Source: Octopus sinensis
Taxonomy: Eukaryota
Assembly: GCF_006345805.1 (NCBI RefSeq)
Contig: NC_042998.1
Location: forward strand, 100,936,001-101,000,000
Direction of reading: 5' to 3'
DNA: 64,000 bases
The notes under the pieces are model-generated. The model searched no databases and was not told where the DNA came from. It was given only the letters and a program-made list of their open reading frames with translations. This document shows, one piece after another, positions 36,090 to 46,293 of this stretch. The translations under genes were made by a program, and so were the position numbers. How positions within the stretch are numbered: the first letter of the stretch is position 1; the number at the start of each line of letters is the position of its first letter.

Positions 36090-36240
36090 ATATATATATG
36101 TCTTGCATTGTAGCTGTAATTCAAAGGGGCCAGCCTTATCACATTCTGTGTGAGGCTGAATTTCCCTGAGAACTGCATGTTACACATGTCAGTGGAGCAC
36201 TCGGCCATTTGTGAGTTAATTTTATCCTTGTGTGGTAATG
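36090..36240 (+). mobile_element. SINE 3'-domain fragment
   Basis: ctgtaattcaaaggggccagccttatcac...gtggagcactcggccatt resembles a SINE central/3' domain. No second copy in the window to confirm. Confidence 0.35.
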
Positions 36241-36733
36241 AAAAGTGAAATTGACATCTGGTGTTTGCTGTGTGTATGTATCTATGTAAGAACTTTTCTT
36301 TGGATTTATGTATCTACTGTCTCTCTCACTTTCTTTCCCTTTCACTTCCATTGTGTCCCTCTTCTGTCCTGCTTTTGATTTAACAATGTGTATATGTATC
36401 TATGTATCTACTGCTCTTGCTATGTGATAAACATTTTAAAACACAAAATGAATGCTGTTACCACTCAATGTCTCTTTCACTCTCACTTTCTCTCACTCTC
36501 TTTCTTTCTCTTACATCCTCTCTGAAACTTTTAAAAACAAAACAAACTCTGTTGCCACTCATTGTCTCTTTCACTCTCTTTCTCTCTCACTCTCACTTTC
36601 TCTCTCTCTCTCTCTTACTTCCTCTCTGTCCTCCTCTCTCTTGCTTTGCCACTTCTTTGAAGTAAGTGTGACGCACACAACAGGTACGTACAAAAACAAA
36701 AAGTTAGCATATTAATATTATTGATAGTAGGTT

Positions 36734-37037
36734 GATAAATATGGAGACCTGTGAATTGAGATCGCTAAGATGTGGCAGCTATAAGAGTTAAACATAAAGG
36801 TTATCCCTATTGTCATCGGAGCATTAGGCCGAATACCACGCAATCTGAAAAAAAATCTGAAAACTTTAGTAATACTATTTAGGTATATTGCAAAACTCAG
36901 CATTACTTGGAACTGCATGCATTTTGTGTAAAGTACTGTCTGTTTGGGGTCCTTGTGACTTGACAAACAGTACAAACCCCCGGTAGGCACTATATCTTCA
37001 ATCAACAACCTCATGATATTGTATACTGTGCAGCATC

Positions 37038-37070
<33 letters not shown>
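36734..37070 (+). mobile_element. R4/Dong-like non-LTR retrotransposon 3' end (restriction-like endonuclease C-terminus) with (AAT)n tail
   Basis: DKYGDL*IEIAKMWQL*ELNIKVIPIVIGALGRIPRNLKK, then frameshifted LQNSALLGTACILCKVLSV. Ends in (AAT)n. Confidence 0.7.
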
Positions 37071-37071
<1 letters not shown>

Positions 37072-37370
37072 GTCCTTTCTACTCTAGGCACAAAGCCTAA
37101 AAATTCGGGGAGTGGATAGTTGATCACTACTTACTTTATTAACCCTAAAAGGATGGAAAGCAAATTTTGGTACAAGGCTAGCAATTTCTGGGGAGTGGGT
37201 AAGATGATTTCATTGAGCCCCGTGATCAACTGATACTTATCTTATTGATCCCCTAAAAGATAAAAGGCAAAGTTGAGCTCGACAGATTTTTGAACTCAGA
37301 AAATAAAAGCAGGAGAAATGCTACCAAGTATTTTGTCTGGTGAATTAACAAATTCAGAATTTAAAGACAG
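37072..37370 (-). mobile_element. Family-C SINE copies (tandem, degenerate)
   Basis: ctaggcacaaagcct...aaaaggatggaaagc and gataaaaggcaaagttgagctc...tttgaactcag. Confidence 0.65.
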
Positions 37371-37386
37371 GCAAAATACTAATATT

Positions 37387-37800
37387 CTTTTACTTGTTTC
37401 AGTCATTTGACTGTGGCCATGTTGGAGCACCACCTTTAGTCGAGCAAATTGACCCCAGGACTTATTCCTTGTAAGCCTAGTACTTATTCTATCGGTCTCT
37501 TTTGCTGAACCACTAAGTTATGCGGATGTAAACACACCAGCATCAGTTGTCAAGCGATGTTGGGGTGGGTGGGGGGAGACAAACACAGACACAAACATAT
37601 ACACACACACATATACACATATATATATATATATATACATATATATGACGGGCTTCCTTCAGTTTCTGTCTACCAAATCCACTCACAAGGCTTTGGTCGG
37701 CCCAAGGCTATAGTAGAAGACACTTGCCCAAGGTGCCACGCAGTGGGACTGAACCCGGAACCATGTGGTTTGTAAACAAGCTACTTACCACACAGCCACA
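37387..37800 (-). mobile_element. CORE-type tRNA SINE (family B), full length
   Basis: Reverse complement of gtggctgtgtggtaag...ggttcagtccca...ggcaccttgggcaagtgtcttctactatag...gactgaaacaagtaaaa. Confidence 0.9.
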
Positions 37801-37862
37801 CCCACTACTTTATTTACATTATTTACATTTGATGGATATTTGTCCTCATCTTGTTTGTTGTT

Positions 37863-37908
37863 AACACAACGTTTCGGCTGATATACCCTCCATCCTTCAT
37901 CAGGTGTC
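37863..37908 (-). ncRNA. Minimal type I hammerhead ribozyme motif, intact core
   Basis: Minus strand: gacac-CTGATGA-a-ggatg(gagggtatat)cagcc-GAAA-CGTT-gtgtt. Stem I gacac/gtgtt; palindromic AACGTT stem III (dimer type); GUU triplet. Confidence 0.75.
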
Positions 37909-37983
37909 TGAGGGAAATTTCGAACCTGGGCTCTCGTCCCTAAGGTATTTTTCGATATCATCATCATCATCATCATCATTATT

Positions 37984-38540
37984 GAGTGAGAGAACAGTGC
38001 ATGCCATCAAAGTGACACTGGGGTAAAATATACAAAGCTCTCTATACCCATCATGACTGCCTGTCTGATAAGGGTACACCAGGCACATGCATCACAACCA
38101 TATGTGTGCGACATGGTGATCTCATATCAAGATAAACAGCACATGACCTTGCAGCTGGGGCCCAATTAGAATTTTCCTCAGGTCGAGTAACCCATCCTGC
38201 TCAAAAGGTCCCTGAATAAGGGTTGTTTAAGGATGTTGAACAAAACACCCATGTTTCCAGAGGTGAATTATTCAAACCCCAAAGAATCCCTCTCAACACA
38301 TGGCTATGATGCTCCCCCACTACTTCTGCTCATGATCAGAGATGCACATATCGTCAGCCACCAAGGGACATGCTCAATTGGTTAAGGTCAAACAACTGAC
38401 AAGCAAATCTGTGGTACTGAGCAGAATATTTGGTGTATCCCATCTTTTATACCAAAACAAAACAATGTACATGATAACACTTCCAATCAGTTAAGATCAG
38501 AAGCCATGAGAGCCACTGCCTGGTACTGTATCAGGGCATT
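37984..38540. repeat. ~555-bp unclassified insertion between (CAT)n/(ATT)n tracts
   Basis: Complex sequence sitting inside the microsatellite linker of family E, with no recognisable ORF. Confidence 0.5.
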
Positions 38541-38555
38541 TATTATTATTATTAT

Positions 38556-38836
38556 TGCCAGCCTCGCCTGGCCTCCGTGCTGGTGGCATGTAAAAAGCAC
38601 CATCCGATCATGGCCATTTGCCAGCCTCGTCTGGCACTTGTGCCAGTGGCACGTAAAAAGCACCCACTACACTCATGGAGTGGTTAGCGTTAGGAAGGGC
38701 ATCCAGCCGTAGAAACAATGCCAGATCAGACTGGACCTGGTGCAGCCTTCTGGCTTCCCAGACCCCAGTTGAACCGTCCAACCCATGCCAGCATGGAAAG
38801 CGGACGCTAAACGATGATGATGATGATGATGATGAT
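38556..38836 (+). mobile_element. RTE 3'-UTR repeat (family A)
   Basis: cacgtaaaaagcacc...gttaggaagggcatccagccgtagaaac...ggaaagcggacgctaaac(gat)n. Confidence 0.85.
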
Positions 38837-39236
38837 ATTATTATTATTATTATTCAGGTCACTGTCTGGAATCAAACTCGGAATCTTGGGGTTAGTAGCC
38901 CATACTCTTAACCACTACGCCATATGCCCATGGGCATAGTGGTTAAGAGCGCGGGCTCCTAACCCCATGATTCCGAGTTCAATTCCAGGTAGTGACCTGA
39001 ATAATAATAATAATGATAATAATAATATTTTGTTTGATTTTCTAATGATCCTTCCATTCATCTTCTTAGTAGTAGTATTAGTAGTAGTAGTTGTAGTAAT
39101 GATTTGTAATATAGGCATGAGAACAAATATTTCATGAGAGGGAAATAGTTGATGGTATTGATTAGTATTTGTTTTATTATCAGCACTGTATAGATGGAAG
39201 TCAAACTTGATCTTTAGTGAGATACAAACTCAGAAC

Positions 39237-39284
<48 letters not shown>

Positions 39285-39285
<1 letters not shown>

Positions 39286-39520
39286 TAGTATTATAACCTG
39301 ATTTCATTTGGGTCTACTTGGACCATATTTTAAAGATGAGAAATTTTGCCCTAGAGGCCAGGACTTTCAGTTGAGCAAACTCAAAGTTGTCATGCAAACT
39401 CCCCAGCACTTTTAACATAGGTATTCAAATTTTCTGGTCAATCCGACCACATTTACCAACACTTTTGCCTGCACAACTGCTTGTGAGACAACGTCCAGCC
39501 TTTTCACAAATATATAGTAT
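39285..39520 (-). mobile_element. Possible short non-autonomous Helitron
   Basis: ACTAG at the left next to a degenerate hairpin (aacctg...gggt), and atatatag at the right end, inserted in (TA)n. Confidence 0.4.
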
Positions 39521-40289
39521 ATATATATATTGAAGGTTTGTAGTAGTTGTAGGGAAAAATTAAAATAATCTTCCTATCTCAATAACAAGTAAGGGTATAT
39601 CTTATTTGTTTTTTATTTTTTAAAATTTATTTTTAGGTGTTAAACAGAGAAGGAATAACAGTACCAAGATTTCTGGGGAAAGCAAATGAAGAAATTTCAT
39701 GCTCATCAGATGGTAGACTTGGTTTGAATTCTTGCTCCAGAGTTGACTCTGCTAAAAGTGATTCAAGGCCAAGTGGTTGTATCAAAGTTGGCAGTGGATT
39801 AGTCTATCACCCAAGGATATAAAAAGAAATAGTTGTATGCTTGCAGGACCAAACAATTGTTAGAGTAAGGAGCCAATAATTTTGGATGATGTAAGTCCAC
39901 TGTATTTTAGTTTACATTTGCAGAGGAATTGAACTGATGCTGAAGCAATCCTGAATTTTGTCTGTAGAAGGATCTGATTGAAGACCAATGTAAGATATAA
40001 AAAAAAAGGGAAATATCAAGTACTTATGTAAAAAAATTAGGGATTTGAATGATGGAAAACACAAGAGAACTGGCCACCTCAGTCTAAACTTTGTAGATCT
40101 TAACTGGACATCCTTTGTTGTGAGAGCTCTTTAATGCTTTCAGATTTGGTTTATTTAAATCATTCTTTTACTGGTTCCAGTCAAGGATTTTTGTAATTAT
40201 CTCAACTCAATTACATAGTTTGGTACTCATTTTATTGGTCAATGTTTATCAAATGGTTGAATTTACATTAATTTACATCTCTTTTTGTG

Positions 40290-41220
40290 GATGATGTGGT
40301 TTTTACATGCTGAATCTGTTGGAGAAATTCCAAACATGGAAGCAAAGCCTAGCATCAAGAGGCCTTAAAAAAACCTAGCTAAGACAAAAGTCTTAGTCAG
40401 CAGGAAAGACATCTGAACTGTACAACCATCAGGGAAGTGGCCATGTGCTATATGCAAAAAGAAGATTAAGTAGTAATTAAGTACTTTGTATCAAATGTGA
40501 ACTATGGGTGCACGAAAGATGGAGTGGAATTACATGCAGTTTGAGAGAAAAGAAAATTCATATGTTGCAAATGTATCAGAGTACCCATGAAGTACATTCT
40601 TTCAAATGTTTGGAAGGCTTCTTAGATCTTGTTGATAGCTTCTGTTACCAGGGTGACCTAATTAACTGAGGTAAGAATGGGGTGAACAAAGTTCAAAGAT
40701 CTAATACCTCTATAACAAGGGGATTAAGTAAATTATATGATGCTTACATATAAAGTACTATGCTGCATCATAGCAAAACATGGGTACTGAATGCAAAGGC
40801 TATGTGAAGGCTGGCAAAAAACGAAATGGTCATGCTCTGTAGGAGAGGTAATGTTTATGTGCATGAATGATGGAGTTGAAATGGGCTGAGGAAAAATCTA
40901 GGTGATGTGAAAAGGAAAAGAGGTAGTGAACAAGAGAGAAGTCTCTGCAGGTATAAACATGTGATGCATATGAAGGATAACAAATGGATAAAAAATGCCA
41001 GGTGATCAAAATGGAAGGAATAAAACGCAAGATAAAACTGAGAAAGTGGTGAAAGCTGATCACAAGAGGTTGAACCTTAGAAAAGAAATCACGAGAGGTT
41101 GAACCTTAGAAGGTAGATCACGAGGGATTTGAACAAATGATGCAGTACTTGTAGCGAGACATCCAGTCCACAAAAGCAAAGGAAAATAAACATACAAATG
41201 TTGATGGTGATGATGGTATG
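40290..41220 (+). mobile_element. Degenerate RTE LINE 3' third (post-RT region with Cys-rich insert, GAT tail)
   Basis: EKFQTWKQSLASRGLK..LAKTKVLVS, SGKWPCAICKK, LCIKCELWVHERWSGI; ends in gatggtgatgat. Confidence 0.75.
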
Positions 41221-41640
41221 GAGTGATTTGGGAGATTTGGTTGTAGGGAGTATCAGGACTGGATTATATATATCAGGTATAGTAGATACATTGGGCCTAC
41301 AACAATTTTGAATTCAAAAATCTACTGCTTCATACATATTTTCTTTAAAAGCCTAATGGACCAAAACTGTAAGTATGAAAGCATGAATTTATTATTTTTT
41401 GTTAAAATTTTTATATCATTAATTTATTAATATCATTGTGTATGCTTTTGAAGGTGTTGATTTCCCTTGTCTTCAATTTCTTATGTGTAAGTATTTGTTC
41501 AGGAAAACGCTGAATAACAACCAATGACTCCTTCAATTCAAATGAATAAAGAAATAAACTCTTCTGCATACAATGAGCATTCCTTCTCCTGCCTTTACAT
41601 TCAGTCTGTCATAAACTTGTATATAGAAACACTCACATGT

Positions 41641-41673
<33 letters not shown>

Positions 41674-42076
41674 TACTTCTGAATTTGAGAACTTTAGAAC
41701 AAAAGGTTGCTGGCTCTCGTAGAATAGCGTCTGCGATGCAGTTTCAGCTATTGATTGGATCTAATTCACTTCTTTTCCTTGTAATAACTTCAAAAAATAC
41801 TTCCATTTTCTTTCTTGTAATCTTGTAACATATAGATTGTGTGTGTGTATATATTCTGTAGGGAATGCTCAACTGGTGTTTTCAGGTGATTGCAGTCCCT
41901 ATCAGTACATATGTATTCAATTAGCTTTCTAGCTCTTATTTCTAGCAATGCAGGTGTTCTAACACCCTAGTCATATTTAGTGACAATTATAGTTTTCCTT
42001 TTTGGTAAAACATTGCATACAGCTGTGTGTGTGAGTCTCTCTCTCTCTCTCTCCCCACTCTCTCTCTATATATATG

Positions 42077-42220
42077 TGTGGTTGGCGTTAAGAAGGGCAT
42101 CCAGCCGTAGAAACATTGCCAGATCAGATTGGGCCTGGTGCAGCCTTCTGGCTTCCCAGACCCCAGTTGAACCGTCCAACCCATGCTAGCATGGAAAGCG
42201 GATGCTAAACGATGATGATG
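42077..42220 (+). mobile_element. RTE 3'-UTR repeat (family A), short
   Basis: ggttggcgttaagaagggcatccagccgtagaaac...gctaaacgatgatgatgat. Confidence 0.8.
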
Positions 42221-42599
42221 ATACTCATACATGGTGTCCAAAAGTAGGTATACAATTTCGAAAAAAAAACGTGCAATACTAAAAAAAATTAAAAGTTACG
42301 ATAAAAGTATTATTATAGTTATTACAAATATATTATGATTAACGACACCGAAAATATCAAAAACAAGGCTAATTAATTTAATGTGCTAATAATTTTTATG
42401 AATTAAGTATTATAAAACATTGATGTGAATCTTACTGTATGGTATTTTTTCTGCCTCTTTACATTCCAATTTCAATTTCCACCAATGTTGACTTTGCCCT
42501 TCATTCTTTCAGGTTTGTAAAATAAGTATCAGTTGTACACTGGGGTCGATGTCCCTTAAAACCTGCTGTTCTTGTGCCAAAATTTGAAACCATATACAT

Positions 42600-42771
42600 A
42601 TGCATTATTTACATTATTTAAATTTGATGGATGTTTGTCCTCATCTTTGTTGTTAACATAACGTTTCGGTTGATATACCCTCCAGCCTTCATTAGGTGTC
42701 TTGGGGAAATTTCAAACCTGGATTCTCATTCATTTTCGATGTTGTTGTTGTTATTATTATTATTATTATTA

Positions 42772-42804
<33 letters not shown>

Positions 42805-42892
42805 GTTATTATTATTATTCAAGTTACTGCCTGGACTCCAACTCGGCTACTAACCCCAAGATTCCGAGTTTGATTTCAGGTAGTGACCTGAA

Positions 42893-42926
<34 letters not shown>

Positions 42927-42952
42927 GATACTGCTGCTGCTGCTGCTGCTGC

Positions 42953-42985
<33 letters not shown>

Positions 42986-43066
42986 CAACATCAAAAAATC
43001 TCTTAGGAATGAGAACCCAGGTTCGAAATTTCCTCAAGACACCTGATGAAGACTAGAGAGTATATA
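42600..43066. mobile_element. Head-to-head tRNA-head/microsatellite/hammerhead element (family E), copy 2
   Basis: Left tail 42600-42740 has a decayed hammerhead (42655-42700, core CTAATGA). The fused heads at ~42819-42891 have lost their centre. The right tail 42991-43066 has gacacCTGATGA and is then truncated. Confidence 0.8.
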
Positions 43067-44004
43067 ATCTTGTTTTGTTCAACTTCCTTTATGTCTTAAG
43101 AACATTTCTCTGGTCAGTTGTGTTTTAACTTTGGCATTTTAATTTATAAGTTTCACCTATACTCTTTTGACTCAACATTCTCAATACCATACACTTTGTT
43201 GGTATTTTCTTTCCTAATTCTTTTCCAAACTGTTGTGGCCATTGTATCATGCTTCATGGGAAAGTAATATCTAGAATTTCTTCATGAGAAAATAATATCT
43301 AGAATTTCTTTTTCTTGAATTGTATGGAGATAGCCTTCAAAGTGGGATGTCATAAATTTATTGGTACTCCCTGTCAGGCTTCTGATATAATTTATTCCTT
43401 CTGTGCCTTGAGTCTTTGGTGTCAAATATCCATGCACTACCTTCCATGGAAAACATATTAAATGATGATGATGATGATGATGATGATGATGGTGATGGTT
43501 ATAAAATAGACATTACTAATGCTCCTTGGGGAGAAGTCTTTGTTAGCTCTTATTTCATGCCTCAAAGTTCATTAGCTATATTAATGATGTTATTGTTTCT
43601 GTGTTCACAAACTGGAGTAAGGTAGTTACTGACTTCTTTCCACTGCTGCAAATTGTTGCTTCAGTGTCTCAACATGTGCTTTGCATGATATCAATACTGA
43701 TTTAAGACCATGGCCACCATCACTGCATAGGAAATATAGCCTATTTACCTTTTTATTGATGTTGAAGTTTCTAGTAACACTGTGTAGCTTGTAAGTTCAG
43801 AAATTGTTTAGAAGGCCACATGTAAGCATGAGGATAAGCACTGCAATGGTGTAGGCAATAAGCTTGTTGTAAGCTGAGAGTTCAACACATATGTATGTAT
43901 TAATGTCAAAAGTAATATTGATACCTAGTTAATATTTATCCCCTTTTAAATTTGGATGATCTATTAGAACAAACTCATTGTCCATCATTGACAAGACCAA
44001 GGAA

Positions 44005-44099
44005 GGTTGAAATCACATGATCTGGTCACAATCACATGATCTGGTCAAAATTACATGATCTGGTCAAAATCACATGATCTGGTTGAAATCACTTGATCT
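44005..44099. repeat. 19-bp minisatellite x5
   Basis: Consensus ggtcaaaatcacatgatct, five consecutive units. Confidence 0.9.
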
Positions 44100-44329
44100 G
44101 CTACAACCAGCTGTATCCAGCCCAAATATTCTACCTGTTTTACATTCAAACTGGCCATATCTAGCCTTTCACACCTAACCTACACTGACATTCTAAAAAT
44201 AAACAATCTCACTGCCAAAACCTCAAAGCTATAACATAATGTATTATTCAAAACAATTTGTATAAAATAGCATATTTAACAGAGTAATATGAATTCTTGA
44301 GGGTTAAGCTAATTCTCTTAATAATCAGT

Positions 44330-44830
44330 TGTTTTATAGCTCTATTCCTGTAATAATGTGGTCCATAAATTTGCTGCCTTTGTAGTTGCTTCTTTTTGCA
44401 GGATCTCTGCTGGTGTAGTTGTTGTCAATGATACTTCTATGCCAGTTATGGAAATGACAACTTCTTGTGTTACCAAATTGAATGTGTGAATTACTAGCCC
44501 ATGTCCTACTTTGTTGCATATTTTGAACATCTCAACAATTATCCTTGATAATCCAACTGCTTTCCCTGCCTCCATAACTTTAATCATACGTTCAACTATA
44601 TAACTATTAACAACTGGTCCCTCAGTTAGGCCTATATGAATAGACCCTCTCCTGTGTATTCTGCTCATTCAACAACCTCTTGTAGTAATATGTCCAAGCC
44701 TCTTGCTTCTTGGCATCAGTGAAATCAAGAATATTGTTAACATTCCATACACATTCTTCTTTACTGTCTTGATTCACACTAATACACTGCTTTGCAATTC
44801 AGAACACATCATACACCTGAATAAGTTTTT
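44330..44830 (-). mobile_element. Degenerate RTE LINE, RT N-terminal region
   Basis: EGPV...IKVMEAGKAVGLSRIIVEMFK...LVIHTFNLV, similar to the GKAAGPSGI.AEML motif of RTE ORFs. Confidence 0.7.
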
Positions 44831-45835
44831 CTTTAGTCTACTTGATATTATTCCTACTCTCCCTCCCACTTCTCTTCCAGTCTTTCCAAGCTTCTCTTTT
44901 AACTTTTGTGGCGTTATCTACCATAGCAATCCACCACTATGTTGTCTTCCATAGCTGAAATCATGTTCTATCCTCTTATCTGGCCTGTGGCTTGCAGTAG
45001 GTTATCTCTTAGACACTCTCAGTTACCCTATAAAAATCTATAGATATATTTTGTAATACAGTTTAACACTGAAATGAGAAACTATTAACATGCCAGTAAT
45101 TCATTAATTGAACTAACTGGTAAGAATGTGTTTAGATGAACATTGATTCATGCAATTTATTTATGCTGTTGGTAATAATGGATTTATAAATTGTGTATCT
45201 GTGAACAGTGGAGTAGGGTATTCAGAACTGATGATAACTCAACACAAGGTAGAAACTTTGTCTGGTTGATTCTTTTTTTTTCTGTCTATGATATTGTATA
45301 TAAAGACCAGGTGTTTACATTTGCCTATTACATACATTGTTTGATAAAATCTATAAATACTGTTGTACAGTATAGCATTAAATCAAAACACTGTGAACAT
45401 AGTAATTTATTTTATAAGTTTCTAACTCTTTCTTGTCATAGGTGCCATCCAATACTTCTTGGAGCCTATGTATGGCTTAGAGAGATTTTAGCTTTTTTAT
45501 CTTCTCTCTTCCTATGACCACCACATTGAAGCATGTAGTCTACAAAAAAAAAAAAAAAAAGAAAAGTAAGATAACTGGAATGGTCATGGCTGGAATGATT
45601 TTGATCATAACTCTATATATGTAGGCTTTGCAACAACTAAATCAGCTACACATTTTCCCTAGTCAAGCTTCATTTGGAGCTAATTGACAGCTACCTCTGA
45701 TTAAAATTTAACTATATATTGAACGGAAGATTCCAAATATTTTTTTTTCCTGTAAAAGTTTTACATTATTTTTATGTAATCAATATAATGATTATGTGAC
45801 AACTGCTTGAAACAAATTTTTCAAAATATATTGTT

Positions 45836-46293
45836 GACAGTATGGTTCATTCTGTTTTTGTGCATGCACTAAAAATTTGAGCCATGCACAAAGAAATTTC
45901 AATGCAACTGCAATTTTCTAGTAGTGAACATCCAGACCCTTACTTCCCAACCCTTGAAGTGTTCACTTTAAATCCTAACTCTAACTCCCAACTCTATAAC
46001 CTAATCCTAAACTTAAACCTAAATTCTGTTCATTGACTTTAAAACCGAACCCTGAACCTAATTCTAATCTAAATCCTAAATCCTAAGCCTTAACTCTGAC
46101 TATAAATCCTAACCATAGGCCCTAATTCTAAACTTCACCCTAATCCTAACTTTTAATCCTACTCCTAACACCTAAACATATTTCTGACTTAAACCCTAAA
46201 AGAACCTCGTATCATAAACTATGCCAAATTATATTAAATATTACTACATGCTCTGTAATGCATGTGCAAAAAACCAAAATGAGTTGGACTGTC
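45836..46293. mobile_element. MITE-like element with internal degenerate (CCCTAA)-like repeats
   Basis: Degenerate TIRs gacagt...tcattctgtttttgtgcatgca / tgcatgtgcaaaaaaccaaaatgag...actgtc, with an internal cctaa/ctaa-rich tract at 45940-46200. Confidence 0.5.

Larger units (their letters stand above)
37810..39028. mobile_element. Head-to-head tRNA-head/(AAT)n/hammerhead element (family E), copy 1, with nested insertions
   Basis: Left tail with hammerhead 37810-37956. Inserts at 37984-38540 and 38556-38836. Inverted tRNA head 38854-38930 and forward head 38931-39000. Right arm lost after (AAT)n. Confidence 0.8.

Noticed and set aside
38660-38730. Ribozyme fold in the family-A UTR motif (gttaggaagggcatccagcc)
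   Set aside because: A P1-like pairing and small hairpins can be drawn, but no P2 partner was found, so no HDV-like or twister fold could be completed.
39690-39715. Minus-strand CTGATGA-gcat-GAAA
   Set aside because: No room for stem II and no flanking stems; likely chance.
43266-43310. 17-bp direct repeat aatatctagaatttctt
   Set aside because: The copies are only ~11 bp apart, consistent with a trivial local duplication rather than a TSD of an element.
44005-44099. CRISPR-like array
   Set aside because: Units are contiguous with no unique spacers, and the context is eukaryotic with no cas genes.
45940-46200. Interstitial telomere or chromosome-fusion site
   Set aside because: Repeats are highly degenerate, single-orientation and enclosed by inverted ends.
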